A stretch of 62,424 nucleotides of DNA, the filler included, from Stramenopiles sp. TOSAG23-3 (taxonomy: Eukaryota): NCBI GenBank assembly GCA_900128585.1. It is 7 parts of 7 records of this genome, joined end to end, with 100 filler letters (N's around TTAATTAATTAA, not from the genome) between each part and the next. Parts side by side here need not be neighbours in the genome. Positions count along the whole stretch, not along the records: positions 10,162 to 20,211 come from LT642851.1; positions 20,312 to 30,358 come from LT642852.1; 5 more parts are not named here. One strand, 5' to 3'. The notes beneath the pieces were generated by a model, which was given only the letters and a program-made list of their open reading frames with translations, did not search any database and was not told where the DNA came from. This document shows, piece after piece, positions 10,162-21,861 of this stretch (positions are counted from its first letter, which is position 1; every line of letters begins with the position of its first letter). A program made the translations under genes and the position numbers.

Positions 10162-11203
10162 CGTGACATGCAGAGAGCGACGTGTTTGAACCTTGTGCTG
10201 GCGGTACAGTGTTCTTTTCTTTATCTCCATTGCTGCCATTTGAAGCAGATTTAATATTGCCTCTGCCCCGTCGCGCAACGACTCGATTTCCTGTCGCGTT
10301 CAAAAATGTTACGCACTCGACAACGTGTTCGTGCTCCTGCAAACGTGCAATGGGCTGTGGTGAGCTTCCGCTGGTTGAGTCAATGCTCCACACTGCAGCA
10401 CTCTTATCACTAGATGCAGTAGCGAAGAATTTTCCATCCTCGCTTATGGCAATACTGCGTACCCAGTCGTCGTGGGCATCGATAGTTTTGACGCAGTAGC
10501 CCGTTCTGACCTCCCAAACCCTCACTGTTGAATCCCGTGAGCAAGACAACAACTGTTCCCCAGAAGGAACAAAGGCCAGCGCACTGACGTTGTGGTCGTG
10601 CCCCATCAACGTCCTGGTGCACGAAAAAGTATCTTTAAAGTCCCAAATTTTTATCGACAAGTCCGCGGAACAAGAGGCAAGAGTCTCCCCTGAACTGTTA
10701 AACACGCAGCAGTTTACTATGTTGGTGTGGCCCTTCAGCGTTCTTTCAAACTCGCCTGTTTCGTAGTCCCAAACTTTTATGGTGGCGTCTTCAGACGCCG
10801 ACGCCATCAAATTAAACACCGGGTGGAATGCCACGGACATCACCGTGCCTCTGTGCCCACTTAGTGTGGCTGCGGCCGGGGAGCGCGGCAGGGCCTCTAC
10901 AATCTTCCCCCCACTGCTGCCGTCCCCACTGGCGGCTGCCAGCCCTCCTTTGCCGGCAGCCTCGAGGTCTTCCAGCGCTTGCGCTAACTTCCCTTCTGCG
11001 TCCATTAATTTTCTCTGAAGCCTTACGACTGAGGTCCATTTTTTTTCCAAAATAGCAGTCCTTGCAGGTTTGTCGGTGTTCACATCTATCCCAGCTGCTT
11101 CTGCGAATACATCTACAACGCCAGCAAATGCTTCCCCGGACTCTTTCAAGTATCCGAGAATCCCAGCATTCAAGTCTTTGCGCTGTTTCTCGGTCAAAAC
11201 CAT
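10162..11203 (-). CDS. PAFAH1B1: LIS1/PAFAH1B1 dynein regulator (3'-truncated at contig end)
   Basis: LisH start MVLTEKQRKDLNAGILGYL, the diagnostic LEKKWTSVVRLQRKLMD, and WD40 repeats (SASEDATIKVWDYETGEFERTLKGHT, GHDHNVS, HEHVVEC). Confidence 0.96.
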
Positions 11204-12351
11204 CTCGCGGGAAACAAGGGGGTCTAATATATATATGTCAGTGTACTTTTGGGGGGGCAGATCCTCCGTTCACGTGTAGTAATAGATTGTTTCCGTCCTT
11301 TTTTGTATTTTACCGTTTGATATTAACGGTTGGTTCTATTAGCATTCTTATTTTATAATAATGAATAAAGTATTGTGTTCATTTTCCTCACCACTTCTTT
11401 GAATCAAAATGTGGGGGGGTATATTTTATTATTTTATTATTATTATTATTATTTTTTATTTTTTTTATTATTATTATTATTATTTACTGTAGTCTAGACT
11501 ATGTATTTTTCCATTTTAATTAATTTTTTTTTTGTCGCTTCTTCTTCTTCGTCGCTACAGTAGAACTAATCAATATTCAAAGATTATTAATAATTATAAC
11601 AATCCTTAATCATGGTGATGGAGTGGGTGTGGATGGGCGGAGATGTGATGATGGAGCCGTAGTAATTGGTGGATAGAGCTCCTCGTATAAGGGGGAAGGG
11701 GGGAGGGGGGACACGAATGATTGATTGTTAGTCTATTTTAAACTATTGTAATAATCTCTAGTTAGTCTATATAGTTATTTTGATTATTAGACTATGTTTC
11801 CAAAGGGTAATGAGGACTCGTCTCCTCCGTCCGTTTTTTCTAAAAATAATATACTGTAATAAAAAGAGAATTATTATTATATTAGTCTATTACTAGTACT
11901 GTTTATATAATAATATGAAAGAAGAAAAGGAAGAAGAAGAAGAAGGGGGGGAGGGGAGGATGCCTGCTTCTTCTTTTTTCTCTTCTTCTCTTGGTGGTGG
12001 TGGTAATAATAAATACCAGTAGTCTCTAATAATACATACTACCACCAAGTAATAAAAAAGAAATAATAGTCTTATTAATTATTCCTAATACAGTAAATAA
12101 TGTAATTATTTTATTATTATTTCTATATTATTATATTTATGTTGAAGAACTCTTCTCCACAACACGGCCAAAGATAATAAGATCTCATATTAGAAAGTGA
12201 GCGACTGACTGTTTCAGGTGTTTAATCTCGAAAGGTAATAAAATGGTTCACACTTGCGTCAACATTGTTTAAACATCAGAAAAATTGTATACGTTCGTTT
12301 ATTTATCCCTTGTGCAATAATAAATTAGACTTTACCTGTAATATTTCCAAA

Positions 12352-12762
12352 ATGTTTTCCAAGAAATTGTTGCTCTTTCTTTTAGGGATTGTATTGATCT
12401 TCTCTAGCACTGGAAAGTTCGCACGAGCGGACGAAGGTGGGGCGGATGCAGAAGAATACGATGAAGACGAATACGATGAAGAGGTCGGGGAAATGGACAA
12501 AGAAGAGGAAATAAAATTGCACAAAGAAGAGTTTGATGCTATGGATGCAAATGCTGACGGGAAGTTGGACATGTCAGAGCTTTCCGTAGCAGCGAAGGAC
12601 GAAGATATTGACGAGTCCGAAATCACGGAGTTTGTTAAAGAGCTTGACAAAGATGAAGACAACTCCGTCTCCTGGGACGAATACGTTGATGGCCTTTTCA
12701 ACCAAGATTTTGGTGATGAGTACGGAGAAGAGGAAGAGGAAGACGATGAAGAAGAAAAGTAA
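12352..12762 (+). CDS. Secretory-pathway acidic EF-hand protein
   Basis: Signal peptide MFSKKLLLFLLGIVLIF; two EF-hand loops DANADGKLDMSE and DKDEDNSVSWDE; acidic tail. Confidence 0.85.
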   Translation: MFSKKLLLFLLGIVLIFSSTGKFARADEGGADAEEYDEDEYDEEVGEMDKEEEIKLHKEEFDAMDANADGKLDMSELSVAAKDEDIDESEITEFVKELDKDEDNSVSWDEYVDGLFNQDFGDEYGEEEEEDDEEEK

Positions 12763-14096
12763 GGACAGCGAGCAGGCAAAACGGTTTCTAAGTTTACAAC
12801 ATGAAGCTTCGTGCGTCCATGCGCCTCCAATGCTAGGTGGGATTTGCTTCTTATCAAACGTCAGGAATGACCCCTTCCTTTATTGACCCTGTGTAAGAAT
12901 TCTTAGAGTAAATGGACACATATGTAAACAAGATTCTTTATCGATTACCATCTCGCGCTATTCCCAGTGTACTTTCCTGTTTCCTGCTTTTGCTCTATTG
13001 CTTAGGTTTAAGAGTTTCAATTTTCTTTTTAAAATTTATTTTGCTAATCTATAGCAAATCCACCAAGTCGCTGCAATTTTTAGTCATCATCATTAAATAA
13101 TTTTTTTTTAAATTACTTGGTATTAAACCAACTACTGCCTGTTCGTCTTTCCCTGTTAATATTTGTCGCTTCCACCACAAGGCAATTCCGTGTTTAATTC
13201 GCAATAAAACACAACACAGCATGAATTATCTAAAAAAATAGAAAGCAAGGACGAGAGAGAGGAGTTGTTCCTGTTGTGTTGATATAATAAATATAAAATG
13301 GACACGAAGCAACACGATATAAGAAATAATCAAGGAGAAGAGAAGATCACAGAAGGAGGAAGATTTTCCCTTCTTCTGCTACGGTACCAATGGTATGTTG
13401 ACGAAGGAAGAAAAGAAAAGACTCTGTACTAGTTTTCCTAATAGATTCTCGTATACGAGGGCTTAAATAAGTACATAATAATTGCATTGCATAGAAGAAG
13501 ATTAAAAAATACTACCACACTTCACAAAGCCCTTAGCTGTTCAAGTGAGTGTGTGTGAGGGCTGAGGAGGAAGGAAGGATGATGAAGAATTAATTTGATG
13601 GTGATGATGAAGTACTGTACCGGTACGAGGACAATAATAAATGCCATAGATTAATATCATAATAGATTCCTTGTTGTATTTATTATAATAAAATAATTCG
13701 TCATTTTGAATGTTGTTCTTGGTTGAGCGAGCGTTGAGCGGTTGTTTGTTTTGTTCTTCTACTACCTTGGTACTAGACTTCTTCTTCTTTCTTCTTTTTT
13801 TTTTATTTAATAATAATAATAATTAATAAAAAACAAAAAAATATTATTATTATTACTGTATTAAAAAATTAATTAAAAAAAAATTATAAAAAATTATTAG
13901 CTTAAAAAGTGGTTGGCGCGGCGACAGAAGAAGACGATGATGAAGGCTTACGAAATAATAAAAAACTGAGAGAAGAAACATGAGCTTACTTTAATTATCC
14001 CAAACAGCGTCTGTGTATACCACTCTTTCTGCAAGTTCGAATTGTTTTTTCTCAAAGAAGCTTTGAAACTTGCTTTGATACCTCCAACTGGAAAAG

Positions 14097-16727
14097 ATGA
14101 ACCCACCACGGCGACCAAATATGTACCCTGGGGCACCAAACATGCAGCAGCCAAATGGGATGCCCCAAATGATGCCCCCGATGCCAGGGATGAGCCAAAT
14201 GCCACACCATATGCCGCAGCACATGCCGCAGCACCCACAGCAGGGGGTCCTGAGCGGTGCGAACGCCGCGTTCGCCGCCCTTTTTCCCGGCATGTCGCGC
14301 CCCCCGGCGCACACAATGGCTCCACAGCATGGCGGGGCGGCCCAACAGCAACGACCAGGAACGGGGCAAGCGCCGCCACAACAGCGTGAGCAGCAACGGC
14401 CTGAAAACGCGTCGGGTTTGGACATCGATGGGACTGATTGGTCGTACCCCTTTCCTACCGTTGGCAACCCCATGCCAGCAGGCGATACAAACTTGGCGCT
14501 TGAAGTCCATGCTGTGGCAAAATACAAAACAGAAGTTGAGTACACGGTAGGAAATTTAGTGGCGGCGAATAAGGACTACATTTGTTACGCCCTGAAGAAC
14601 GACAAAGGGATTCGAGTCATTGATCGGCTGAACCCATCCACGCGTGCGCTCTTGAAGGGGCATAAAGCGAAGATATTAGACATGAGGTTTTCGCCGTGCA
14701 CAGCAAACACGCTGTCGCTGTGCGCAAACGATGGGTGCATTTTTACCTGGTCCCTCGAACGGCAGGGGGAAGAGATCAAATGCACCACCAGCTTTAAACT
14801 ATACCATCCCCTGGCCGGGGGAAACGGGGCAATTTTTCGCAAGCTTGCATGCAACCCGGTAAACAGTAAAATTTTGGCAGCCTCAGAGGGCCAGCGCTTG
14901 ATCATCATGAACGAGGATGAGCTGGACCTCGGCCGTGTAAAGTCTGGGGATGAACTTAGTCTGAAAGATGCCGGCGCCGTGGTGATCGACGGGCACATGG
15001 CCCCAATCAGCGACCTTAAATGGTCGCGCGACGGTACGCAAATAGTAACCGCAAGCGACGACGGAAAGGTAAAGATCTGGGATGTGAACTCGCGCTCGTG
15101 CCTTTATGAGTTCGAGCCCGACGATGGGCGACCAGTGTCCAGCGTTTACATCGTTCCTACCGCTGGGCCAGAGTCCCCCGCGGAAGAGAACGCCATGCGC
15201 TCCACCATTTTGACTGGCTGTGACCGCGATGGGATCGTTTCCGTGTGGTCAGCGCCAGCCAGTGGGGGGGGGCTCGCGCAGACGGTTTCGGTCATGGCCG
15301 GGCCAGACCCGAACGACGCGGAGGACGAGCATTTGTTCGCCCACGTCTACAACACAACCCTATACGACGCCGAGACCCGCCTTCTATTTTGTGTCACCAC
15401 TCGCTTGCCCGCAAACTACGAGGACGAAGACGAGGACATGTGCTCCTCCATAAACATTTTGCACTTTTGCGACGCGGCCTCTAGGTTCGATCGCTTGAGC
15501 GAATTTGAGTGCCAGCAGCCCGTTGTGAGCATGGCGGTGCCTGTCAGTGACAATCACGCGCTGAAAGACGAAGGCGCTGCTCATCAAAACCAGGTCACCC
15601 TCTTCTGCGTGCAGTCCAAGGCCGTCCAGCAGTACCAAATTTGGCCAAGTTTGTGCTGCAACCATGCCTCCACCGCGCGTGCGATGGAGGCCGCGAAGTC
15701 GGCACAGGCGAACCAACCGGCACCTTCCCTGTCCCAACCGGCACCTTCCCTGTCCCAACCGGCACCTTCCCTGTCCCAACCGGCAAACGTACCGATGCGG
15801 ATCAAGACTCCCATTGAGACCCAAGGGATTGACAGCCGAAATGCGGAGATAACCCTGCTTTCGCCGACTGCAATGCTGGCGCAACATGAGGAACCGTCGG
15901 TGCCCCAGCCGCCGAAACCGTACAGAGGAACTCAGGGCGCTGTGGACGTGGGCAAACTATCCGACGCCGCCGTCCAAGGAGCGGTAAGTGCCTTGAAAAG
16001 CGAGATGAAAAACTCTTTTCGCGAGTCGTTCGAGAATATGCTGGTTCCGGCCGTAGAAAACGCTTGCAAAGAGATGTTTTCCCAACTTTCTGTTGCTCTC
16101 CAGAGCAAAGCAGAAAGTGACAGAAAGAAGGAGCGGCGCGTGGAGCAACAGTTATCACAGTTAACAAAAGAAGTGAAATCGTTGAATAAGACCGTAGATC
16201 AACTTAAGAGTGCCCTTGCCAAGGCGACCTTGGCGAGCAGCTCCGAAAAGGTCAATTCTTCCTCGAAAAAGACTGAAAAGAAAGACAAAAAAGAGAAGAA
16301 AGAATTGACTCTCAAACAAAAGGCGCAGGCGGCCCTTGCAAACAAGGATTACCAAGCTGCCTTCTGGACCGTGCTGAGTGCGGCTGATCTGAAGCTGGTA
16401 GAATGGCTCTGCTCGTCCGTAAAAGATGTCGACGGAGCGGTTGGGTCGCTGACCCAAATGGTTCTTTTGTCGCTAGTGCAACAATTAGGGTCCCGGCTGC
16501 AATCAGAGACAAAGTTGAAATTGGTGTGGATGAAAGCGGCATGTTTGGCACTGAACCAAGGGGATCCAGCTATAGCGCAGCACATTCCAAAAGTATTGGG
16601 AATGGTGGCAAAGGCCCTTACAGAAAATTTTAAACCCCTTGGGCTAAATGATTCCGACCACCCATTGAGAACAGAGTACGTCATTGTGACGCATTTGGTC
16701 AAATCTTTGGGAATGTCACAACAATAA
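14097..16727 (+). CDS. EDC4: Enhancer of mRNA decapping 4 (EDC4/Ge-1/VARICOSE)
   Basis: M/P/Q-rich N-terminus, WD40 region (GNLVAANKDYICYALK...IRVI...RALLKGH), FRESFENMLVPAVENACKEMFSQL, and the C-terminal domain AFWTVLSAADLKLVEWLC...LLSLVQQL. Confidence 0.92.
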   Translation: MNPPRRPNMYPGAPNMQQPNGMPQMMPPMPGMSQMPHHMPQHMPQHPQQGVLSGANAAFAALFPGMSRPPAHTMAPQHGGAAQQQRPGTGQAPPQQREQQRPENASGLDIDGTDWSYPFPTVGNPMPAGDTNLALEVHAVAKYKTEVEYTVGNLVAANKDYICYALKNDKGIRVIDRLNPSTRALLKGHKAKILDMRFSPCTANTLSLCANDGCIFTWSLERQGEEIKCTTSFKLYHPLAGGNGAIFRKLACNPVNSKILAASEGQRLIIMNEDELDLGRVKSGDELSLKDAGAVVIDGHMAPISDLKWSRDGTQIVTASDDGKVKIWDVNSRSCLYEFEPDDGRPVSSVYIVPTAGPESPAEENAMRSTILTGCDRDGIVSVWSAPASGGGLAQTVSVMAGPDPNDAEDEHLFAHVYNTTLYDAETRLLFCVTTRLPANYEDEDEDMCSSINILHFCDAASRFDRLSEFECQQPVVSMAVPVSDNHALKDEGAAHQNQVTLFCVQSKAVQQYQIWPSLCCNHASTARAMEAAKSAQANQPAPSLSQPAPSLSQPAPSLSQPANVPMRIKTPIETQGIDSRNAEITLLSPTAMLAQHEEPSVPQPPKPYRGTQGAVDVGKLSDAAVQGAVSALKSEMKNSFRESFENMLVPAVENACKEMFSQLSVALQSKAESDRKKERRVEQQLSQLTKEVKSLNKTVDQLKSALAKATLASSSEKVNSSSKKTEKKDKKEKKELTLKQKAQAALANKDYQAAFWTVLSAADLKLVEWLCSSVKDVDGAVGSLTQMVLLSLVQQLGSRLQSETKLKLVWMKAACLALNQGDPAIAQHIPKVLGMVAKALTENFKPLGLNDSDHPLRTEYVIVTHLVKSLGMSQQ
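15713..15785 (+). repeat. In-frame 21-bp coding tandem repeat (QPAPSLS x3.5) in the EDC4 linker
   Basis: CCAACCGGCACCTTCCCTGTC occurs three times perfectly, plus a partial copy. Confidence 0.95.
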
Positions 16728-17324
16728 CTGCCTTTTGGTAATGTTGAAAGAGTGAACCTCACAGTTTATGAATCATTTGCTTACAGAGACTTTCGAGTCG
16801 TAATTTGTGTTTAGTGTATCAGAAAGTTGTGCGTGTTGTTGTTCTTTTCAAACATTTTTTCTTATTATATTATTAAATAAATATTTTTAGATTTTTTTGT
16901 TCTTCTCCTACCTTGGTACCTCCTCCCTTCTTCGCCAGCAGCAGCAGTGGTGTTTCTTATTTTATTTTTGTCATTGTACTACGGTACGTATTTTAATCTC
17001 CTCCTCCCTTTTTTTTTTTTTGGTGGAGGAATAGCTATTATTAATCCTGGTTGTCTGCTGTATACTAATGTAATAATAATATTAAAAAAATTAGATCATA
17101 GTTGGTAGCGGTGTAGTAGTAATAATAAAATTAATAATGAAAATGAAGAAATCGAAATTTAAAAGAAACCTGTTTCTACGTTTTGCTCTCAATATTTCTG
17201 TAATAACATTCTAAAAGTATATGACAATTGCATGGTAACTTTTTGGTTTTGTAGCCTTTCTAAAACCCATATTTTGCCACTGCTTGAGTTTATCTCTGTT
17301 CTTGTACAAGTCATTCCTGTCAGT

Positions 17325-18716
17325 ATGACGTCGTTGGCTGATGAGTTGCTCGACGATTTTGATGATAGTGACGCGGAGGATACTCTTTTGAAAAGTGAGC
17401 AGGCCTCGGCCGCCGGGGCTACGAGCGAGTCGGCGGATACTCCTGCCGATGTCCCTGAGGTAATATCAAGAATTGAATCGTATTTGCAAAATCCTTTTTA
17501 TCGGTCCTACAGTGAGTCTGTCAAAAAAGTGCTGGAAAGTGCGGATAAGTCCGCCATTATTGATAGCGAGGAAAACACCCCGATTGAAAGTAGTCCCTTG
17601 TACGACAGCGTTGCCGAGGCCAACGAATTTTTGGAAAAAATAGACGAGTATTTTTCTCAGGCTTACCAATACGTGGTAATGCAGTACTCTAAGCGGGTGA
17701 AAGACATTGTAAATTTAGTCCCGGAACCCCAAGACTTGGTGAAGGTTGTTATGTTCTTGGGCCACCACACCAGCGTTGAAAATGCGAAGAGCGTGGCAAC
17801 CGACCAGAACGCAATAGAAAGTGTGCTGGGGCCGGCTCAGCTGATGACGCTGACGGTGGCACTGACCGGTGCGCACGAGCACGCACTGGGCTACTTAGAG
17901 ATGGAGCATGTGCTATCTTGCTGTGCGTTAGGGCTCAGGCTCATTCAAGCAAGGCAACTGCTCCTGCAATATATCCAGCTGTACATGGAACAGCTGGGCC
18001 CGAACATTTCTGCGCTCATAGGAAGTGAAATCGCCGCAAACTTGGTAGCGTTTACGGGCGGCATGGTTGCCCTGTCACGAATTCCGTCGTGCAACCTTAT
18101 GGTCGTTGGAAAAAAACGAAAGGTTCTTGGTGGATTCTCCAAGTCCGCTCAGTTGCAGCATGTTGGCGTTATAGCGCTGTCTCCCTTGGTAAAAGACGCC
18201 CCGAAAGATTGTCAAAAGAAGATGGCAAGAATCCTGGCCGGCAAAATAATGCTCGCGACCCGAGTGGATTGTGCGAGAGGGTCTCGCGACGGTAGTTCTG
18301 GACAAAAGTTTCGCGAGTTCTGTGAAAACAAGTTGATCTCGTTCCAAAAACCTCACCAAGCAAAAATGCACAAGCCGCTGCCCATACCGGGGCAGCAGAA
18401 GGCTAGAAAGCGTGGAGGAAAGCGCTACCGCAAGGCGAAAGAGAAGTACGGCTTGACCGATGTCCACCGAGAAAGGAAACGGATTAAATTCGGGGGTACG
18501 AATGACGAATACGGCGATGTCGCGATGGGTCGGTCGATGGGGACGCTGGGGCAAAACGACAATGGGCGGATGCGTTTGGTGAATAGAGACAAGAAGGCAA
18601 AGGTGCCAAACGGGAAGATATGGCCAGGGAAAGTGCAGAAGGAGAGTGCGCCGCCATCGGTTGGTAAACCCGGAGGGTACTTTAGCGACGCAACCAAGTT
18701 CACCAAAACGAGCTGA
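17325..18716 (+). CDS. PRPF31: U4/U6 snRNP protein Prp31
   Basis: MTSLADELLDDF start, Nop domain (GPNISALIGSEIAANL...LSRIPSCNLMVVG), KPLPIP...RKRGGKRYRKAKEKYGLTD. Confidence 0.93.
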   Translation: MTSLADELLDDFDDSDAEDTLLKSEQASAAGATSESADTPADVPEVISRIESYLQNPFYRSYSESVKKVLESADKSAIIDSEENTPIESSPLYDSVAEANEFLEKIDEYFSQAYQYVVMQYSKRVKDIVNLVPEPQDLVKVVMFLGHHTSVENAKSVATDQNAIESVLGPAQLMTLTVALTGAHEHALGYLEMEHVLSCCALGLRLIQARQLLLQYIQLYMEQLGPNISALIGSEIAANLVAFTGGMVALSRIPSCNLMVVGKKRKVLGGFSKSAQLQHVGVIALSPLVKDAPKDCQKKMARILAGKIMLATRVDCARGSRDGSSGQKFREFCENKLISFQKPHQAKMHKPLPIPGQQKARKRGGKRYRKAKEKYGLTDVHRERKRIKFGGTNDEYGDVAMGRSMGTLGQNDNGRMRLVNRDKKAKVPNGKIWPGKVQKESAPPSVGKPGGYFSDATKFTKTS

Positions 18717-19007
18717 GTGAGTCAGAAAGTGGGGTAATAAAAAATAATTACTTTCAGTAAAAATTTTTGTTCATGTTAGTTGTACTCCTGGTAATACTGT
18801 AGGTAATAGGTAATACGGAAGAATAGTAGGAAAATAATAACGCACACCATACAGCACTGGGGGTCCACATAGACAGATGCATAGACTTGTGTGCGTCAGA
18901 TGAGATATGTGTATAAATGTGTGTCACCTTGAAAGAATTAGCTTTTCGTACAAACGATTATCAAAGAAAACACACGTTTACGTATAATTTAAATATTAAA
19001 ACTTATC

Positions 19008-19126
19008 GGCGCGAGAGGGTGCACGCTCGCCCAAGGAAGAAGCCCAGGGCCTATGCGCGAGTAAATCGCGTTGTGCCCTCCCGTTTCTTCCCCCTACACG
19101 ACGTCGTCGGTGCACCTCTTCACGCC
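19008..19126. other. Putative structured RNA element (long nested hairpin) 3' of RPL35
   Basis: Four nested complementary segments found by eye (detailed in findings). No RNA family was recognised. Confidence 0.4.
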
Positions 19127-19201
19127 CTGAGCCCTTGAGAACGCAATACGCTCGGCGTGTGTTTCGGTATATTGTGACAAAAAGCTAAACTATAACCCCG
19201 C

Positions 19202-19576
19202 TTATGCGGACTTTACTGCGTAGATTCTTTGTGGGAAGTTGGCGGCCTTCTTGGCGGCTTTCAAAGTCTTCAAGTTCTTTTGTTCACTGGTCAAGGCGCG
19301 GCGCTTGGCACGGGTGAGCTTTGGTCGAAGATCTCTTCCAATGTACTTCTTGTTCTTCAGGTAGGCGCGCGTCCTGGCACGAGTGTTTTGGCTGATAACG
19401 GTCAATACTCTGGCGATGTTCTTGCGTACAACTTGTATCTTGGACAATTTGGATGCCGCTCCACCAGTAACCTTGGCAACACGAAGGGTGGCAAGCTCTG
19501 CTTTTAACTCTTCAAGTTGTTTCAGGAGTTCTCCCTTGGATTTGGTTCTCAATTCATAAGCTTTGACCTTTGGCAT
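19202..19576 (-). CDS. RPL35: 60S ribosomal protein L35 (uL29)
   Basis: [10 protein letters not shown]...[31 protein letters not shown]...[15 protein letters not shown]. Confidence 0.98.
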   Translation of the reverse strand: MPKVKAYELRTKSKGELLKQLEELKAELATLRVAKVTGGAASKLSKIQVVRKNIARVLTVISQNTRARTRAYLKNKKYIGRDLRPKLTRAKRRALTSEQKNLKTLKAAKKAANFPQRIYAVKSA

Positions 19577-20211
19577 GGTTAAAAACTATTTAATATATAT
19601 ACTAAAAATGAACAACAGATAAAAAATTGCACTTCGTCAACGATTGTCTTGATTTAATGTTGCCTTTCCTAGCTTGAAACGTTTCATAATGTTTGAGTCT
19701 CTAGCAATGAAAGTCTCCCTTTCCATTGGACTGGAGGAAAGCAAATGACATGAGTGTGTAATAACAACTGCCTGGTTATTAATTATTATTTATTATTTAA
19801 TTTTTTATTTTTCTCTATTATTAAATAACAGTGTATTACCAAAGGAATAGTATTAAAACTAAACGTCAGGATTCCTCTTTTTTTTTAATACATAAATAGA
19901 ATTACATCTATTTGGTAATTAAGGGGTTATTATATATTTATGCATTCAATATTTAAAACTTCCTAAAAGGTAATACCTATATATAGAATATGATTATTCA
20001 ATTTATATCATTCATTTATAATTATACTTGATCCTTAATTATCACTGCAGGAAAGCGATTTCGTGTTTGGAAAAGGTAGTGCTGTATCCTTGTATTATAT
20101 GAATGGTAACAGGATACAGCATTATGGAATTATTACTATTCTATTGTATTCTTATATTACACAATGGTATGTCTATATTACTAAAAGAAAAGTTTGAGCT
20201 AATTGAATGGC

Positions 20212-20311
20212 NNNNNNNNNNNNNNNNNNNNNNNNNNNNNNNNNNNNNNNNNNNNTTAATTAATTAANNNNNNNNNNNNNNNNNNNNNNNNNNNNNNNNN
20301 NNNNNNNNNNN
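20212..20311. other. Artificial contig-joining linker
   Basis: 44 N + TTAATTAATTAA + 44 N. Confidence 0.97.
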
Positions 20312-20312
20312 T

Positions 20313-20948
20313 GGCCACTACAACAAGACGTTCACGGACATGACTGCGCCTTTGCACTCTGCCGAGACCGACCGAGAGCTGCAGCGACAGATGGCCAACG
20401 AATTGGGGCAGCAGGGCATTGAATCAAGCCAAGAGCTCTCTAGACTTCGGAAAGAGAATGGCGAAATTCGACAAAAAATCGAGGCCATTGCAAAAATGAA
20501 GCGGGAGACTGCCATGTATCACGAGCTGCACGCTTCGGGGGAATGGACTGCGCTGCGAATTAAAACAAACAAACACATCGGGGCGACCGGTCGCAAGGTT
20601 TCAGGTATCCAAGAAGAGATTCACCAGAAGCAGAAGGTCGTGGACCAGCTGTTGACCAAGGTCGGGCAGGCCCAAAAGACCGCGGAGAACACGAAGAGGC
20701 AGGAAATGAACAAGCTGAGGAAAAAATTAAAAGCCACCGTTATGAAGACTGTCAGCGTAGACCAGGAGTCCAGCAACATGAAAGGGATCGCAGGAATGCT
20801 GATGGCAGCGGCGAAAAACGGAGAAAGCGGCGGAAACGAGAGTGTCGCGATGGCCCTAAAAGCCATGGCTTCTCCGCCGAGCAGCAGCAAAGGAGGGGGG
20901 CTTGGTGTCACACTTGGAAAGTTGAGTGTCATTCATTATCTACAGTAA
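20313..20948 (+). CDS. Coiled-coil protein of unknown function, 5'-partial
   Basis: Frame open from the contig start to the stop at 20948; coding-like GC; heptad-rich K/E/Q sequence. Confidence 0.65.
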   Translation, partial: GHYNKTFTDMTAPLHSAETDRELQRQMANELGQQGIESSQELSRLRKENGEIRQKIEAIAKMKRETAMYHELHASGEWTALRIKTNKHIGATGRKVSGIQEEIHQKQKVVDQLLTKVGQAQKTAENTKRQEMNKLRKKLKATVMKTVSVDQESSNMKGIAGMLMAAAKNGESGGNESVAMALKAMASPPSSSKGGGLGVTLGKLSVIHYLQ

Positions 20949-21123
20949 AATGTACTAAGTACTATGATATCATACAAAATAGTAAGTAACGAACAAAATA
21001 TTTTTTATTAACACACAAAAAAGAGTATAAAAATATTTTTTAAAAACACAAAAATATACATTCACTATCTGATTAAATCTTCCTCTTACGTACTTTTTAA
21101 TCAAATCTCTTTTATTCTTTTTG

Positions 21124-21861
21124 CTAGATCTGCCACAGGTTGTTGTAAGAATCTTCGCCCAGCAACTTCGCCGTATTTTGAGGGTCGGTCGCGTCTTCGT
21201 TGAACCAGACATCCGTCCCCGTTTCTTGTAATTTGTAAAGCTCGTTCGGCAATTTTTTGTCCTCCCACTCATTGTGCGCAACGTGTAGGGTTCTGATGTA
21301 CTCGAACTTTCCCCACTTCACCGGGAGTTTCCCCGTCAGGCGGTTGTGGGACAAGTTCACAAACTCTAAATTTGTCAACGCATCGAAGGAGGTCGGCAAT
21401 ATGCCCGTCAACATGTTGTGGTTCAAAATCATAATCCTTAGTTCCTTGAGCCTCCCGAGAGACGACGGAAGGTACCCTAGCAAATGGTTCTGACTCAAGT
21501 CAATTGACACTATGTGCCCCTTTTCGTCACAAAAAATTCCATACCACCCATCGTTGCACGGGTCTGACCTCAAATCCCACTTTTGTCCCCAGAGGCTCCC
21601 CCCCGTTGACCGCCACAAGTCCACCAGGGCCGCCTTCTCTTGGTGCGGGGCTGGCATACCGTCCCCATCCCCGAGCCAGTTAGTGTCTAGAAACTCCGGC
21701 TCAGGGTACAAATCGTTTCGTTGTCCAGCATTTACGTTATACCCCACCCCCGCACAAACAACTTTTGCGCCTAACAAGGAGCACACGATAACAATAAGCA
21801 CCGTCGCCAAGCTCGAAGCCCGGGGTTTCCGGACGACGGCCCCGCCCCCAAGAAATTTCAT
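21124..21861 (-). CDS. Secreted or membrane-anchored small LRR protein (LRRNT cap plus plant-type LRRs)
   Basis: Hydrophobic N-terminal segment, EKAALVDLWRSTGG, the cap DPCNDGWYGIFC, LRRs LSQNHLLGYLPSSLGRLKEL and LSHNRLTGKLP. Confidence 0.88.
   Translation of the reverse strand: MKFLGGGAVVRKPRASSLATVLIVIVCSLLGAKVVCAGVGYNVNAGQRNDLYPEPEFLDTNWLGDGDGMPAPHQEKAALVDLWRSTGGSLWGQKWDLRSDPCNDGWYGIFCDEKGHIVSIDLSQNHLLGYLPSSLGRLKELRIMILNHNMLTGILPTSFDALTNLEFVNLSHNRLTGKLPVKWGKFEYIRTLHVAHNEWEDKKLPNELYKLQETGTDVWFNEDATDPQNTAKLLGEDSYNNLWQI

Noticed and set aside
14097-19576. RNA-metabolism cluster (EDC4, PRP31, RPL35)
   Set aside because: Different pathways from a large functional class; chance adjacency is likely in a compact genome.
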